Source of the DNA: an uncultured Lacrimispora sp.
Lineage (GTDB): Bacteria; Bacillota; Clostridia; Lachnospirales; Lachnospiraceae
Length of the DNA stretch: 64,000 nt
Assembly (NCBI GenBank): GCA_964402355.1
Contig: CAYOCB010000019.1
Span: forward strand, 9,684 to 73,683
Direction: 5' to 3'
Positions 47,366 to 59,149 of the stretch are shown here, in pieces; within the stretch, counting starts at the first letter, position 1; each line of letters opens with the position of its first letter. The position numbers and the translations under genes are program-made. The notes beneath the pieces were generated by a model, which was not told the origin of the DNA, made no database searches, and was given only the letters and a program-made list of their open reading frames with translations.

Positions 47366-48429
47366 TTAAGCTCCTTATACTGATCAATATCCGTATCGGT
47401 AAAACGATGTGCGCCATGATACTCAGCCAGTGCAATATCAAACAAAGGCAGCAGACACACCCCTCCTGTTCCTTCCCCAAGACGCATATGCCCATAGATT
47501 AACGGATTCAATTTTAATCTTTCCATAAGCAGAATTCCTGCAGGTTCTTCTGACACATGGGATGCAAACATGTATTCCCGGCTTACCGGAGCAATCATCT
47601 GTGACAATAGTGCTGCAATGGATGAAATAACACCATCAATAACGATTGGTATTCTGTATGCACCGCCGCCAAGAAAGATGCCAGTCATTGCTGCAATATC
47701 ATAACCTCCCAATTTGGATAATACATCAACCGCATGATCCTGAACCGGATGGTTCACAGCGATTGCCTGTTTTATCACCTGAATCTTTCTTTTCAAACCA
47801 TCAGAACTCAGTCCTGCACCTTTTCCTGTCACATCCTCCACTGTTTTTCCAAGAAGAACACTTGCAATGGCACTGGAAGTTGTTGTATTTCCAATGCCCA
47901 TTTCTCCGGTGGTAATGATCTGATATCCTTTCTCTTTCATCATTTTAACCAGTTCTATTCCAACTTTTATTCCCTGCATTGCCTGTTCATACGTCATAGC
48001 AGGGCCAACTGCTATATTGCATGTTCCATAGGCGATCTTACGGTTTATGATTCTATTATCATCTATATCTCCATCAATTCCTACATCAACTGCAAATGTA
48101 TCAACATTGGCCGCACCACCCATAACGTTGATATTGGCCTTTCCGTCTGCAATACTTTTTGCTACTGATACCGTAACATCCTTATCAGACTGGGTCACGC
48201 CTTCTGCTATCACACCGTTGTCAGAGCAGACTACCACGGTACATCTTTTTTTCAGCACGATCTTATCTGTCTTAAATATTCCTGCCATTTTAATGACCGC
48301 CTCTTCAAGAAGACCAAGGCTTCCAAGAGGTTTACAGACTGTATTCCAGTTCTTTCCTGCAGTTTCCATTGCCCTTTGATCAGGTTCTTCGATTACAATT
48401 CCAAGTTTCTCACAGATCTCTTTATCCAT
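47362..48429 (-). CDS. cobT: Nicotinate-nucleotide-dimethylbenzimidazole phosphoribosyltransferase
   Basis: KPLGSLG.LE, DNGV..EGV, GEMGIGNTTTS, DG.IS, MRLGEGTG; start moved to ATG 48429 behind AAGGAG. Confidence 0.95.
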   Translation of the reverse strand: MDKEICEKLGIVIEEPDQRAMETAGKNWNTVCKPLGSLGLLEEAVIKMAGIFKTDKIVLKKRCTVVVCSDNGVIAEGVTQSDKDVTVSVAKSIADGKANINVMGGAANVDTFAVDVGIDGDIDDNRIINRKIAYGTCNIAVGPAMTYEQAMQGIKVGIELVKMMKEKGYQIITTGEMGIGNTTTSSAIASVLLGKTVEDVTGKGAGLSSDGLKRKIQVIKQAIAVNHPVQDHAVDVLSKLGGYDIAAMTGIFLGGGAYRIPIVIDGVISSIAALLSQMIAPVSREYMFASHVSEEPAGILLMERLKLNPLIYGHMRLGEGTGGVCLLPLFDIALAEYHGAHRFTDTDIDQYKELK

Positions 48430-48476
48430 CAAAATACTCCTTATACTTTCTTCCTCATCAAATGTACAGGAACCTT

Positions 48477-49115
48477 TTATCTTTCTCCAGCTGCCATATA
48501 AATCAAAGCATTGCATATGGCGGCAGCTACATTGCTTCCTCCCTTTCTTCCCTGAGCCACGATATAATTCATATCTGTTGAAAGAATCAGTTCCTTAGAC
48601 TGTACAACATTAACAAAGCCCACCGGGACTCCAATGACTGCCAGTGGTTTTACAATGCCTTCCTGATACAGTTCATACAGGCGCACCAGAGCTGTTGGCG
48701 CATTTCCGATTGCAAATATCAGCGGCTTGTGACTATTGGCAGCTTTTTCCATGCATACCGTTGCCCTTGTTGTTCTATTTTCCTTTGCCTGCCTTGCAAC
48801 ATCTTCATCCCCCATAAAGCAGAATACTTCACCCCCCAGTCTTAAAAGGGATGTCTTATTGATACCTGCTTTGGCCATATTGGTATCCGTTACAATACTG
48901 GCTCCATTTTTCAGTGCTTCGATTGCTTTATTTACTGCTCCGTCTGAAAACTTCAGATTTTCCAGATAATCAAAATCTGCTGTTGTATGTATGACCCGCT
49001 TAACAACCGGCTTATGTAAGGGCGGGATTGTTGCACCACCTAATTCTTTTTCAATTATTTCAAAACTTCTTTGTTCAATTTGCTCCGGCAATACATTTTC
49101 TAACTCAATTTTCAT
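48477..49115 (-). CDS. cbiC: Precorrin-8X methylmutase
   Basis: IE..SF.II, R.IHTTADF, IGNAPTAL, PVGFV, GRKGGS.VAAA..NA. Confidence 0.96.
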   Translation of the reverse strand: MKIELENVLPEQIEQRSFEIIEKELGGATIPPLHKPVVKRVIHTTADFDYLENLKFSDGAVNKAIEALKNGASIVTDTNMAKAGINKTSLLRLGGEVFCFMGDEDVARQAKENRTTRATVCMEKAANSHKPLIFAIGNAPTALVRLYELYQEGIVKPLAVIGVPVGFVNVVQSKELILSTDMNYIVAQGRKGGSNVAAAICNALIYMAAGER

Positions 49116-49150
49116 GACTGATGCCTCCATTAACGTTTGAATTATGTTTT

Positions 49151-50653
49151 TTAGATTTCTTTATTCAATATCTTATATAACATCTCCATATCCATATTTT
49201 TTCTGACTGCATCCGCTAAGATATCATACTGCTGGTTTTTAAACTCTTCTCTGTCAATGACCTCTACCGTATCAGGATTCATTCCTTTGCGTTCCAGTAA
49301 AGCAGAAATGATTCCCTTCGCTACTTCCTGCTCATCGAATACGCCATGAATATAGCATCCATATACATTTTTTCCGTTCTGTGCGCCATCCGGCTGTCCA
49401 TTTGAAAGGAATGTAATTGGCTCAACACCTTCCTCATAACTTGCCATTCCATGATGGATCTCATAGCCTTTGAACACTGCGCCTGACAGCCTGGATAAAG
49501 GTCCCTGCATGGTATGAAAAGTTCCTGTGACCTGGGTTCTGTGCTTTTCTTCTGCAAAAACTGTTGTAATCGGCAGCAGTCCCATACCTTTAAAAGCACC
49601 CCCATTTTCAATTTCAACGCCATCGGGATCTTCGATCACCTGGCCAAGCATCTGGTAGCCGCCGCATACGCCAAATACAATGGTCCCGCTTTCCGATAAT
49701 TTCTGAACAACAGCCTCCAGTCCATTCTGTCTCATCCACAACAAATCCGCAATGGTACTTTTGGTTCCCGGCAGAATGATCATATCCGGATTTTTCAGCT
49801 GCTCTACAGAGGAAACATAACGTAATGATACATTCTCCATTTGCTCAAATACGGCAAAATCAGTAAAATTCGAAAGCCGCGGGACTCTGATAACTGCAAT
49901 ATCAATGGCACATACCTGATCCGTCTGATTCAAACGTTCTGATAAGCTGTCTTCATCATCAATATCCAGTTTTACATAAGGAATGACCCCTGCGACAGGT
50001 ACCTGGGTCAGTTCTTCCAATTTATCAAGACCTGGGTTGAGGATTGCAGGGTCCCCTCGGAATTTATTCACGATCAGACCTTTTACTCTTTCTTTTTCCT
50101 CTGGATCCATAAGCATAATTGTGCCATACAGCTGCGCAAAAACTCCTCCTCTGTCAATATCCCCCACAAGCAGGACCGGTGAATCCGCCATTTTTGCCAT
50201 ACCCATGTTTACTATATCGTTTTCTTTCAGATTTATTTCAGCCGGACTGCCTGCACCTTCAATCACAATAATATCATATTCCTTTAAAAGTTCATGATAG
50301 GACTTTAGCATATCAGGAATGAACTGATCCTTGTTTTTATAATAATCAAACGCTGACATGTTTCCTCTGACTTCCCCATTTACAATGATCTGAGAACCCG
50401 TATCACTATTGGGTTTGAGAAGAATCGGATTCATCTTGACTGATGGTTTTATGCCTGCGGCTTCCGCCTGCATAACCTGGGCCCGTCCCATTTCCAGTCC
50501 CTCGTTTGTAATATAGGAATTCAATGCCATGTTTTGAGATTTAAAGGGACAGACTGAGTATCCGTCCTGTTTAAAGATCCTGCAAAGTGCAGCTGCAACC
50601 AGACTTTTTCCGGCATTGGACATTGTACCCTGCACCATAATTACTTTTGCCAT
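49151..50653 (-). CDS. cbiP: Cobyric acid synthase
   Basis: [43 protein letters not shown]. Confidence 0.97.
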   Translation of the reverse strand: MAKVIMVQGTMSNAGKSLVAAALCRIFKQDGYSVCPFKSQNMALNSYITNEGLEMGRAQVMQAEAAGIKPSVKMNPILLKPNSDTGSQIIVNGEVRGNMSAFDYYKNKDQFIPDMLKSYHELLKEYDIIVIEGAGSPAEINLKENDIVNMGMAKMADSPVLLVGDIDRGGVFAQLYGTIMLMDPEEKERVKGLIVNKFRGDPAILNPGLDKLEELTQVPVAGVIPYVKLDIDDEDSLSERLNQTDQVCAIDIAVIRVPRLSNFTDFAVFEQMENVSLRYVSSVEQLKNPDMIILPGTKSTIADLLWMRQNGLEAVVQKLSESGTIVFGVCGGYQMLGQVIEDPDGVEIENGGAFKGMGLLPITTVFAEEKHRTQVTGTFHTMQGPLSRLSGAVFKGYEIHHGMASYEEGVEPITFLSNGQPDGAQNGKNVYGCYIHGVFDEQEVAKGIISALLERKGMNPDTVEVIDREEFKNQQYDILADAVRKNMDMEMLYKILNKEI

Positions 50654-50672
50654 CTTTTTTATCCTCCAATTC

Positions 50673-51647
50673 TTATCTTATTAAAAGCAGTACACCTGAT
50701 CGTATCCATAAAAACAGCAGAAATGCAACAAATACTGTCATATAAAGGAGTTTATTCGCCCTTTGGATATCTTCAGTTTCAACATTCCTGATGTTATCAC
50801 CGATAACTGGTTTGTGATACAGCCTTCCAAAATAATAGGTATCTCCCAGAAGTTCTATATTTAATGCGCCCGCACAAACGGTTTCTGTCTGTGCCGAATT
50901 AGGGCTTGTACTTTTTTTCCAGTCCCTCCTGTGTATGTAAAACGCCTGCTTTGTATCCATTCCGAGTAATTTTGTGGCTATTATCATTGCATACGCTGCA
51001 AGTCTTGCCGGAATAAAATTCACAATATCGTCCAATCTCGCAGATACTCTGCCGAAGTACAGATATTTATCATTCTTATAACCAACCATAGAATCCAGCG
51101 TATTGACTGCTTTATAAAAATATCCCAGAACCGGTCCGCCAATCATCAGATAAAACAAAGGTGCGATACAGCCATCTGACGTATTCTCAGCAACCGTCTC
51201 CACAGCTGCTTTTGTAACCCCTTCTTCATCTAAAATATCCGTATCCCTGCCCACAAGCATGGAGACATGATATCTTGCTTCCTGTAAATCACCCTTTTTA
51301 AGGGATGTATATACCTTCATGCTTTCAACTTTTAAAGATTTTGTCGCCATCAGATAATAACTCATGACAGATGCCACAACATAATACAGCCATGGGTGAA
51401 TTTTCCACGTAACCATTAAGAGAATTGCAGGCATTGCTGTTGACAAGCTTACTACAATAAGCAGGAGAGCTGCCCCTCCCAAAAGCTCCCCTTTCTCTGT
51501 CTTTGGAAACCATGATCTGCAAAAGCATTCTGTTCTGGTTATGAGATTTCCAATGACACGGATTGGATGAAACCATCCCTGTGGATCACCTAATATAAAA
51601 TCTATGATAACTCCTGTTACTATTGCAAATGTCGTATACATTGGCAT
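50673..51647 (-). CDS. cbiB: Adenosylcobinamide-phosphate synthase
   Basis: GDP...[30 protein letters not shown]. Confidence 0.96.
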   Translation of the reverse strand: MPMYTTFAIVTGVIIDFILGDPQGWFHPIRVIGNLITRTECFCRSWFPKTEKGELLGGAALLLIVVSLSTAMPAILLMVTWKIHPWLYYVVASVMSYYLMATKSLKVESMKVYTSLKKGDLQEARYHVSMLVGRDTDILDEEGVTKAAVETVAENTSDGCIAPLFYLMIGGPVLGYFYKAVNTLDSMVGYKNDKYLYFGRVSARLDDIVNFIPARLAAYAMIIATKLLGMDTKQAFYIHRRDWKKSTSPNSAQTETVCAGALNIELLGDTYYFGRLYHKPVIGDNIRNVETEDIQRANKLLYMTVFVAFLLFLWIRSGVLLLIR

Positions 51648-51660
51648 TCCTCTTTTCCTG

Positions 51661-53031
51661 TCATGTAAGAATCAATCTCTTTTTATGGTAGCTGACACAG
51701 CAGTTATAAAATCTTACGGCAAACTGAAGATTTGCATAATAGTGTATATGGGGGAACCCTGCCACGAGATTTTTATAGGCTGCATTGCAAGTCCATGTCT
51801 GATCTCTCTTTTGGGCTGAGAATACATCCTGTGCAACCGTTGACTCATACCTGTGAAACTCATGTGCCCGTATCTGTTCATTTTTATGACATAATACATT
51901 ATCTCTCAATGCCGTAAGCGTCACATATCCAAATCTCTGCAGCCTGTCTGTATAGCAGCATTCCCCATCAAACACTCCGACCATTGGAAAACTCTCGTTA
52001 TCCGGACTCTTTATGATTTTATGAAGATACATAAATCCACCGCATTCTGCATGGGTCACAAGCCCCTGTTCAATCTGCTCTCGTATCTGATGCAGCATAT
52101 TCGTATTGGCAGACAGCTCCTTACTATAAAGTTCCGGATAACCGCCTCCAAGTATAAGGCCATCCAGATCTTCAGGAAGTTTGGTGTCATGAAGAGGAGA
52201 AAAGGGGATAATATCACAACCAAAATTTCTTAAAATATCAAGATTATCTTCATAGTAAAAACAAAAAGCCAGATCTTTTGCTACTCCAATTCGAAGCTTT
52301 GTATCCGTTTTTTCATAATCCGGAAATGCCATCTGTTTATATTCCTCTTGATTTCCGGCACTATTTGACAATTCAAGCAGACCGTCAATATCCAGATATT
52401 GTTCTGCTTTTTCAGCCAGTAAATTCATCTTTTCTCTTAAGTCCGTTATCTCATCAGCAGTAATCAATCCCAGATGCCTGCTGCCTATCTGTGCTTCTTT
52501 TACATTCGGGAAATAGCCAAGCGCCTTTACACCATGCAGTTCACAGAACTTTTTCATTTCCGGATACAGGGATGCCGGCAGCTGATTAAAGATAACACCC
52601 CGGATATGGGATTCTTCCTCAAAATCAAGAAAACCTTTCAGGAAAGCCTGTACCGATCTGCTCATCCCCTTGCATGGCAGAATGAGTACTACCGGCGTGT
52701 CCGTATTTTTCGCAATCTCATAAGAACTGCCCGTATCCTCCATACCAAGGCCATCAAAATACCCCATAACGCCTTCGATAACCGACATCTGTGCATCTTC
52801 ACTGTTTTTATGCAGCAGGTAATTAAGAACCGGAGGTTCCATAAAAAAACCATCCAGATTTCTTGATTTGGTCCCAATAATCTTACTGTGAAACATTGGA
52901 TCAATATAATCAGGCCCGCATTTAAAGCTTACTGTTTTAATCTGTCTGTTTACCAATGCCTGTAATATGGCACATACAATTGTGGTTTTTCCACATCCGC
53001 TGGATGTACCTGAAATCATGATTCTTCCCAT
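51661..53031 (-). CDS. cbiA: Cobyrinate a,c-diamide synthase
   Basis: SG.GKTT, FKCGPDYIDP, EGVMG, SRHLGL, GGGYPE, AECGG.MYL, HEFH. Confidence 0.96.
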   Translation of the reverse strand: MGRIMISGTSSGCGKTTIVCAILQALVNRQIKTVSFKCGPDYIDPMFHSKIIGTKSRNLDGFFMEPPVLNYLLHKNSEDAQMSVIEGVMGYFDGLGMEDTGSSYEIAKNTDTPVVLILPCKGMSRSVQAFLKGFLDFEEESHIRGVIFNQLPASLYPEMKKFCELHGVKALGYFPNVKEAQIGSRHLGLITADEITDLREKMNLLAEKAEQYLDIDGLLELSNSAGNQEEYKQMAFPDYEKTDTKLRIGVAKDLAFCFYYEDNLDILRNFGCDIIPFSPLHDTKLPEDLDGLILGGGYPELYSKELSANTNMLHQIREQIEQGLVTHAECGGFMYLHKIIKSPDNESFPMVGVFDGECCYTDRLQRFGYVTLTALRDNVLCHKNEQIRAHEFHRYESTVAQDVFSAQKRDQTWTCNAAYKNLVAGFPHIHYYANLQFAVRFYNCCVSYHKKRLILT

Positions 53032-53068
53032 AGTTTCCTCTTTTCTGAAAACATATCCCCGCCTTTTT

Positions 53069-53821
53069 TCATTGCAGCGCTGCTAAATATGCTTTTGCCT
53101 TATCAATTGTCATACCATACTCTTCCACAGGTCTTTCAATGATCAGTAATTTGACACCTAAAAGCTTTGCCGCCTGACACTTTTCAGGAAATCCGCCTTC
53201 CCTGCCTGTATCTTTTGTTACCATGTATCCGGCATTGCACTCACGCAGCTGATTTAAATTCTGTTCTACAGAAAACGGACCCTGCATTCCGATAATATGT
53301 TCCTTTGGAAATCCATTCTGACAGCATTCTTCTATGATTTTATGAATGGGAAGTACCCTTGCATAAATGTACTTCTCATAATGGCCGACCTTTTTAAAAT
53401 GTATCAGTTCTTTACTTCCCGTCGTAACCAATGTGATCTGCGGTTTCGTATTGATATAATCAATCAGTCCATCTAAACTTTGAAAATAAATGCCCTGTTC
53501 TGTTCTTTCGTTGGCTGCCCTGATGATTCTCTTATAGTTGATTTGATTCTTCTTAGCTACTTTCTGAATATTTTTCGTAACATCAACTGCATAGGGATGG
53601 GTAGCATCTAAAATCAGATTAATATGGTATTCCGTAATAAAATCCTGCATTTGTTCTGTGTTCAACCGCCCATTTCTGACCTGACAATACTGAAAGGCTG
53701 GAAGTACTTCTTTACCGTACTCCGTAGCAACGCTTACATAACAGGGAATCTTCATCCGCTCCATAAACATGGCCAGCTGTCTTCCTTCTGTTGTTCCACC
53801 AAATAGTAAAATATTCTTCAT
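53069..53821 (-). CDS. cbiJ: Cobalt-precorrin-6A reductase
   Basis: FGGTTEGR, DATHPYA, TTGSKEL, QGPFS...N, TKD.G..GG..EK. Confidence 0.94.
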   Translation of the reverse strand: MKNILLFGGTTEGRQLAMFMERMKIPCYVSVATEYGKEVLPAFQYCQVRNGRLNTEQMQDFITEYHINLILDATHPYAVDVTKNIQKVAKKNQINYKRIIRAANERTEQGIYFQSLDGLIDYINTKPQITLVTTGSKELIHFKKVGHYEKYIYARVLPIHKIIEECCQNGFPKEHIIGMQGPFSVEQNLNQLRECNAGYMVTKDTGREGGFPEKCQAAKLLGVKLLIIERPVEEYGMTIDKAKAYLAALQ

Positions 53822-53822
53822 A

Positions 53823-54875
53823 TCAGAACCTCAATGTTATATTCTGTATTGCCGCTGCAATGGTAACACCATCTCCTGCCTGTTTGCGAATAAGCAGGGT
53901 CCCATTTGATCCGGCTCCTGCTAATGCACTTCTTTCACATACATTTCCGACACCAGTTATTTTTTTTACAAATTCTGAATCATTAAATTCTCCCTCTATG
54001 GAATTCAGCATCTGACCTGAAAATGTTTCAAATGGTACTTGCAGCATCTGACTTACTATAATCAGCCCCTGCTCTTCACTCTTTAAAGCAATGGAACATA
54101 TCTTACTGACAGCATTCTTATAAATGTGATAACTGGAAAGCACCTCACTGAGCCGTTTTAATATGACACCGGCGGGTGTACCCTTTCTGCAGCCGATTCC
54201 CACTACAATCTGCTTTGGTACAAGCACAAGCGTTTCTTTGAAACAGTCCTCCTTTTGAAATGGCGTGATCATGATTCCAGCATTTATTTCATCACGATTA
54301 CTGAATTCACAGATTAAATAGTCCGGAATATTTTCCAGTGTTATATGTTCCTGACTGAAGGCCAGTCCGGTTTTTTCATTGGCAAGAACAGCGGAGGAAA
54401 TGAACTTTATCTTTCTTATATCCGAAATATATAGATTGTTTACCTTGGCAAACAGATCAACTGCCATTTTCCGATGAATATCGGTTGCCGTTGTAATCAC
54501 CGGCTGTGCTTTCGTGATATCCGCACACAGTGCAGCCAGTTCATTAGCACCTCCCAGATGTCCGGAAAGTAATGAAATAGAAAACAGTCCCTTATCATCC
54601 ATAACCACAACAGCTGAATCCGTCTCTTTCGAATTTACATGGGGTGCCACCTTCCTGACTGCAATTCCGGCCGCACACACGAAAACAATTGCAGAGTTGT
54701 CTCGAAAACTCGCTCCTACCAGCTTGTCTGAATCGGTAAAGGAACTTAGCCCATCCATGTGGTATTTATGAAATAAATATCCCTCACATTCATATCCCTG
54801 TTTCCCCAGTCCCCTGATCAGTTTTTTACTCAATTCTGCACCCTGATCTGTATATGCAATGATTACAATCTTCAT
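53823..54875 (-). CDS. cbiG: Cobalt-precorrin-5A hydrolase
   Basis: GIAVR, LLSGHLGGAN, VITTATD, GIGCRKG, V.E..AL. Confidence 0.94.
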   Translation of the reverse strand: MKIVIIAYTDQGAELSKKLIRGLGKQGYECEGYLFHKYHMDGLSSFTDSDKLVGASFRDNSAIVFVCAAGIAVRKVAPHVNSKETDSAVVVMDDKGLFSISLLSGHLGGANELAALCADITKAQPVITTATDIHRKMAVDLFAKVNNLYISDIRKIKFISSAVLANEKTGLAFSQEHITLENIPDYLICEFSNRDEINAGIMITPFQKEDCFKETLVLVPKQIVVGIGCRKGTPAGVILKRLSEVLSSYHIYKNAVSKICSIALKSEEQGLIIVSQMLQVPFETFSGQMLNSIEGEFNDSEFVKKITGVGNVCERSALAGAGSNGTLLIRKQAGDGVTIAAAIQNITLRF

Positions 54876-54888
54876 ATATACCACCTGC

Positions 54889-55650
54889 TTACTTCACTGC
54901 CTCTCTGAATTCTGTTGTGAATCCAGCATCATATAGCTTTGAAAGTTCATAATGATCTCCAAGAAAATCACCTACTGCAATTAACGCTGTTTTTTTAATA
55001 TGATTTTCTTTTGCTCTTTCTTCCAATTCTTCAATCGTACATCTAATAATCTTCTGATCTTCCCATGTTGCCTTATATACAATGGCTGCCGGAGTCTTTG
55101 CATTATAGCCGCCTGCAATCAGTTCTTCTGATAATTCTTTCAGCATCCCTGTACTCAAAAATATAACCATCGTTGCATGGTGAGCTGCAAAGCTTCTTAT
55201 GCTCTCTTCTTCTCTTACCGCAGTTCTGCCCGCCATTCTTGTTATGATCACTGACTGGGAAACATCAGGCAGTGTATATTCCGCTTTTAAGGCGGCCGCT
55301 GCTCCACAAAAGGAGCTTACACCAGGGCATACATCATACTCTATATTCATTTCATCCAGTTTATCCATCTGCTCACGGATTGCTCCATATATGGAAGGAT
55401 CTCCAGTATGCAGTCGTACTGTCATCTTTCCTTCCCTTTCAGCCTTCTTCATCACTTCCATAACATCCTCCAGTGTCATATATGCACTATTTGACACTTC
55501 ACACTCTTTCTTTGCATAGGATAATAATTCCGGATTTACTAAAGAACCTGCGTAAATAATCACATCTGCATTCTCTATTAATTTTTTTCCCCGGATTGTT
55601 ATTAAATCAACCGCACCGCTGCCTGCACCTACAAAATGTACCATATTCAT
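54889..55650 (-). CDS. cbiF: Cobalt-precorrin-4 C11-methyltransferase
   Basis: VHFVGAG.G, YAGSLVN, RLHTGDPSIYGAI.EQ, S.LY...F. Confidence 0.96.
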   Translation of the reverse strand: MNMVHFVGAGSGAVDLITIRGKKLIENADVIIYAGSLVNPELLSYAKKECEVSNSAYMTLEDVMEVMKKAEREGKMTVRLHTGDPSIYGAIREQMDKLDEMNIEYDVCPGVSSFCGAAAALKAEYTLPDVSQSVIITRMAGRTAVREEESIRSFAAHHATMVIFLSTGMLKELSEELIAGGYNAKTPAAIVYKATWEDQKIIRCTIEELEERAKENHIKKTALIAVGDFLGDHYELSKLYDAGFTTEFREAVK

Positions 55651-55662
55651 TTTCTCCTTATC

Positions 55663-56793
55663 TTAATAAAAATCATTCAATAACATGTTATCAGCGTTAT
55701 CTGTCTTTCCCAGCAGCCCATGCTTATTGGAAAATGTTAGAATTCCAATCTCTAACTTATCCATAACCCTATGCCGCATATGCCATTCAATTCTATGCAT
55801 CAATTTATCCATAACCTCTGGGAAAATACCGTATGCTTTTAATAAATCTATGGCGTCATCTGTTGTATTGCACAAAAGCAGCTTCTTAAGTATTTTTATA
55901 TCAGCATTTGCCTCAACTGCACATGCTGTCAATACTTCCATTCTTCCATCTGCATATTTTGAATGTGTATTCATAATTCCAGCGCCTATCTTTACCAGCT
56001 TTCCAATGTGTCCGACAAATAAAAATTTTTCAAATCCTGCATTGACTGCCATATCTAATGTTTCACCAATAAAATTACTGCATTTTACTGCATTTTTATA
56101 AGAAAGCTTCGTATTCCCCTTAACGTAATCAAGCCCGTAATTACCGGGTGTTACCAGAAGATTGCGAAGCCCATTTGCCCTTTTCATATTTATTTCAATC
56201 TGAATCGTATCAATGAGTGCACGTTCACTCATTGGCTCTACGATTCCGCTTGTTCCAAGAATTGATATGCCACCGGCAATTCCAAGCCTTGGGTTGAATG
56301 TACGTTCTGCAACCACAGCACCTTCCGGAACTTCAATAATCACCTGTATGCCCCCTTCATATTTCATGGCTGCACATACGGCTTCTACTTCTTTCCGGAT
56401 CATCATTCTAGGTACAGAATTAATGGCTGATTTTCCAACTGGCTGATTCAGCCCTGGTTTCGTTACTCTGCCAACACCAGCTCCGCCATCTATGATAATT
56501 TTTTTTTCTGAAAGGCAGCTGACACTTGCAAAAATGAGCATATTATCCGTAGCATCAGCATCATCTCCGCCATCTTTTCTGACAGCACAGCGAACAACCG
56601 AGGGCTTTATGTCTATATCCTCAATGTTAAGATTTAACTCAATTCCTTTCGGGGTCATCAGCTTTACGGTATCAACCCTGTCCTTTTTAAGCAGCATCAT
56701 GGCGGCGGCTTTTGCAGCACCTGCAGCACAGCTTCCGGTGGTATATCCGCATCTTAATTTCTGCTGATTCTTATAAACATACTCTTTGAGCAT
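55663..56793 (-). CDS. cbiD: Cobalt-precorrin-5B C1-methyltransferase
   Basis: LR.GYTTGSCA, KD.GDD.D.T, T.N.RLGI.GGISILGTSG, GH.GKL.K. Confidence 0.96.
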   Translation of the reverse strand: MLKEYVYKNQQKLRCGYTTGSCAAGAAKAAAMMLLKKDRVDTVKLMTPKGIELNLNIEDIDIKPSVVRCAVRKDGGDDADATDNMLIFASVSCLSEKKIIIDGGAGVGRVTKPGLNQPVGKSAINSVPRMMIRKEVEAVCAAMKYEGGIQVIIEVPEGAVVAERTFNPRLGIAGGISILGTSGIVEPMSERALIDTIQIEINMKRANGLRNLLVTPGNYGLDYVKGNTKLSYKNAVKCSNFIGETLDMAVNAGFEKFLFVGHIGKLVKIGAGIMNTHSKYADGRMEVLTACAVEANADIKILKKLLLCNTTDDAIDLLKAYGIFPEVMDKLMHRIEWHMRHRVMDKLEIGILTFSNKHGLLGKTDNADNMLLNDFY

Positions 56794-56830
56794 ACAACTT
56801 CACCTCACTTCTTCCATTATCTGATCCCTG

Positions 56831-57880
56831 TTAATTCTGTGCAGTCCGCAGTTCCGCTTCAAGGCTCTCAATAAATGCGCTGTTATCTTCATGACTTTTT
56901 ACAGCCACTCTAAAATGTCCCTTATCAAGATTTTTATAATTGCTGCAGTCTCTGATCAGAATCTGATGTTTAAGCATTCTTTCTTTCAAATTGGTGCTGC
57001 ATTGAAACATAATGTAATTAGCCGCAGACTTCCAGTATTTCACATCTAACCGTTCCAGTTCTTTGTAAAGGTATTCTTTTTCTATCCTTATAAATGATCT
57101 TGTCCTGTTGACAAATTCCTTTTCATCAACGGCTGCAATTCCTGCCGCCTGTGCAGGAATCGATACCGGCCAGGGCTGTCTGTATTTATACATCCTTTCT
57201 ATGATATCCTGATTACTGGTGATTCCATATCCAAGTCTCAGCCCTGCAATTGCAAACATCTTTGTAAAAGACCGCAATATAAAAAGATTATCCCAGTAAC
57301 CAGTCTGATTAATTACGCTGTATTCTTCCGGTTCGTCCAAAAAATCATTAAAGCATTCATCTACGACTAAAAGGGTATGATTTTTTTTACATTTCTTTAT
57401 TATTTTAAGAAGAAGTTCTTTTTCAACAACTGCTCCTGTTGGATTATTAGGCGAACAAATGAATGCCATCTCAATATCAGGTGTAAGCAGTTCCAGATAT
57501 TCCTCGTTCATCTGGTACCCATTATCATCCCGAAGACAATAGTAAATGAGTTCCGTATCAGATGTATGAAGTGCTTCTTCATATTCTGCAAATCCCGGAA
57601 TAACCAGTAACGCTTTCTTTGGTTTTACAGCTGCAGCCAAGGTAAACAGCAGGTCTGCCGCTCCATTTCCACATATAATCCACTCCTGCCTGCTGCCTGT
57701 ATCTTCTGCCAGTTTTTTTCGCAGTCTTCTGCATGCATAGTCCGGATAATTGGATAAATCACACAAGCTCTTACTGATACTTGACATAATTTGTTCCGGT
57801 ACTCCAAAAGGGTTAATATTGGCTGACAAATCCCGGACACCCTGATATGTATAAACATCTCCGCCATGAAGATTCTCCAT
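56831..57880 (-). CDS. cobD: L-threonine-O-3-phosphate decarboxylase
   Basis: HGG, D.SANINP.G, GNGA, PNNPTG, RSFTK.FAIAGLRLGY; cob operon context. Confidence 0.9.
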   Translation of the reverse strand: MENLHGGDVYTYQGVRDLSANINPFGVPEQIMSSISKSLCDLSNYPDYACRRLRKKLAEDTGSRQEWIICGNGAADLLFTLAAAVKPKKALLVIPGFAEYEEALHTSDTELIYYCLRDDNGYQMNEEYLELLTPDIEMAFICSPNNPTGAVVEKELLLKIIKKCKKNHTLLVVDECFNDFLDEPEEYSVINQTGYWDNLFILRSFTKMFAIAGLRLGYGITSNQDIIERMYKYRQPWPVSIPAQAAGIAAVDEKEFVNRTRSFIRIEKEYLYKELERLDVKYWKSAANYIMFQCSTNLKERMLKHQILIRDCSNYKNLDKGHFRVAVKSHEDNSAFIESLEAELRTAQN

Positions 57881-57916
57881 CTGCTTACCTCCATTGTCTA
57901 CTCATGCTAAGGACAT

Positions 57917-59119
57917 TTAAATCGTTATAATAGTAACTGGATTTTGTCCCATTATTAAATGATAGGACCCTGTTTTCTTCGCTTTTGAGACAGCCATCTG
58001 TATGATATCTGCTGTTTCTATCTTTTTCTGCTTTAACAGTTCCATGACTTCGGCAACTGTCTCAAGTGATATTGCATTAATCACGATTCTTGCGCCAGGA
58101 TTCTTGTCCCATACACCGTCTATGATCCTTCTCATATTCCCTTTGCTTCCACCGATAAACACATGTGTGGGCATCGGCAGGTCCTCCAGACAGTCTGGAG
58201 CCAAACCTTCCATTACCGTTAAATTATCAACTGCAAATCTGACTTTGTTTTCTCTGATCAGTTCAACTGCCCTTGGATTTTTCTCAATCGCATATACTCT
58301 GCTGTCAGGATAATTGACAGCTGCCTGAATGCTGACAGACCCTGTTCCGGCACCTATATCATACAATACAGAATCCTGATTCATATGAAGCTTGCTAATA
58401 CTTACGGTCCTGACTTCGCTTTTGGTCATTGGCACTTCATCTCTGATGAATTCGCTGTCTGGAATCTCCATATAGGTTTTGGTGTCGGGATGTGAATTTT
58501 CAGCAACCACAACCAGCAGCCTGCTGAAATTAAAGTCATTAAGCTCGTCCGGACGGATATGTATAATTCTCTCATTTGGGTACGACAGATTTTCCCCGAT
58601 ATGCAGCGTAATATCTTTCATCTTATATAAATTGATCTTGTCACAGAGATCATATAAATCTTCTGCTCCGCTTAGTATTGCAAAGGTTGTTTTCTTACGC
58701 AGAATATGTGAAATCAGATTTTCTTTTCTTCCATGGAGGCTGACAAAATCCATATCATCCCATGGCATCTGCAATTTGGAACAAAAATAATGGAGGGATG
58801 ATATTCCCGGAATCAACTCTACATCATAATCCGTTAATTCTTTGACAATTTTCTTCGCTCCACTATAAAACCCGACATCGCCGGATACCAATATACATGG
58901 ACGTTCATACTCCGTATGTTCTCTTAAAAAACCACCTATCTCAATAGGGTTGTATGCTTTTAGTTTTGCTTTATTTTCCAAAAATGGAAGGTTCAGCATT
59001 CGGTCAGCCCCAATCACTAAATCGGATCTGTTAATGAACTGTTTCGCTTCAACAGTCAATCCGTTCTCTGTTCCCATGCCAATTCCAATTAAAAAAACTT
59101 TTTTTAATAAATGATTCAT
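57917..59119 (-). CDS. cbiET: Bifunctional precorrin-6Y C5,15-methyltransferase (CbiE-CbiT fusion)
   Basis: SGD.GFYS, PGISS, SLHGR; PMTK.EVR, DIGAGTGSVS, FIGGS. Confidence 0.95.
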   Translation of the reverse strand: MNHLLKKVFLIGIGMGTENGLTVEAKQFINRSDLVIGADRMLNLPFLENKAKLKAYNPIEIGGFLREHTEYERPCILVSGDVGFYSGAKKIVKELTDYDVELIPGISSLHYFCSKLQMPWDDMDFVSLHGRKENLISHILRKKTTFAILSGAEDLYDLCDKINLYKMKDITLHIGENLSYPNERIIHIRPDELNDFNFSRLLVVVAENSHPDTKTYMEIPDSEFIRDEVPMTKSEVRTVSISKLHMNQDSVLYDIGAGTGSVSIQAAVNYPDSRVYAIEKNPRAVELIRENKVRFAVDNLTVMEGLAPDCLEDLPMPTHVFIGGSKGNMRRIIDGVWDKNPGARIVINAISLETVAEVMELLKQKKIETADIIQMAVSKAKKTGSYHLIMGQNPVTIITI

Positions 59120-59149
59120 GTTTTTCTCCCATTTTCTAATTAAATCAAA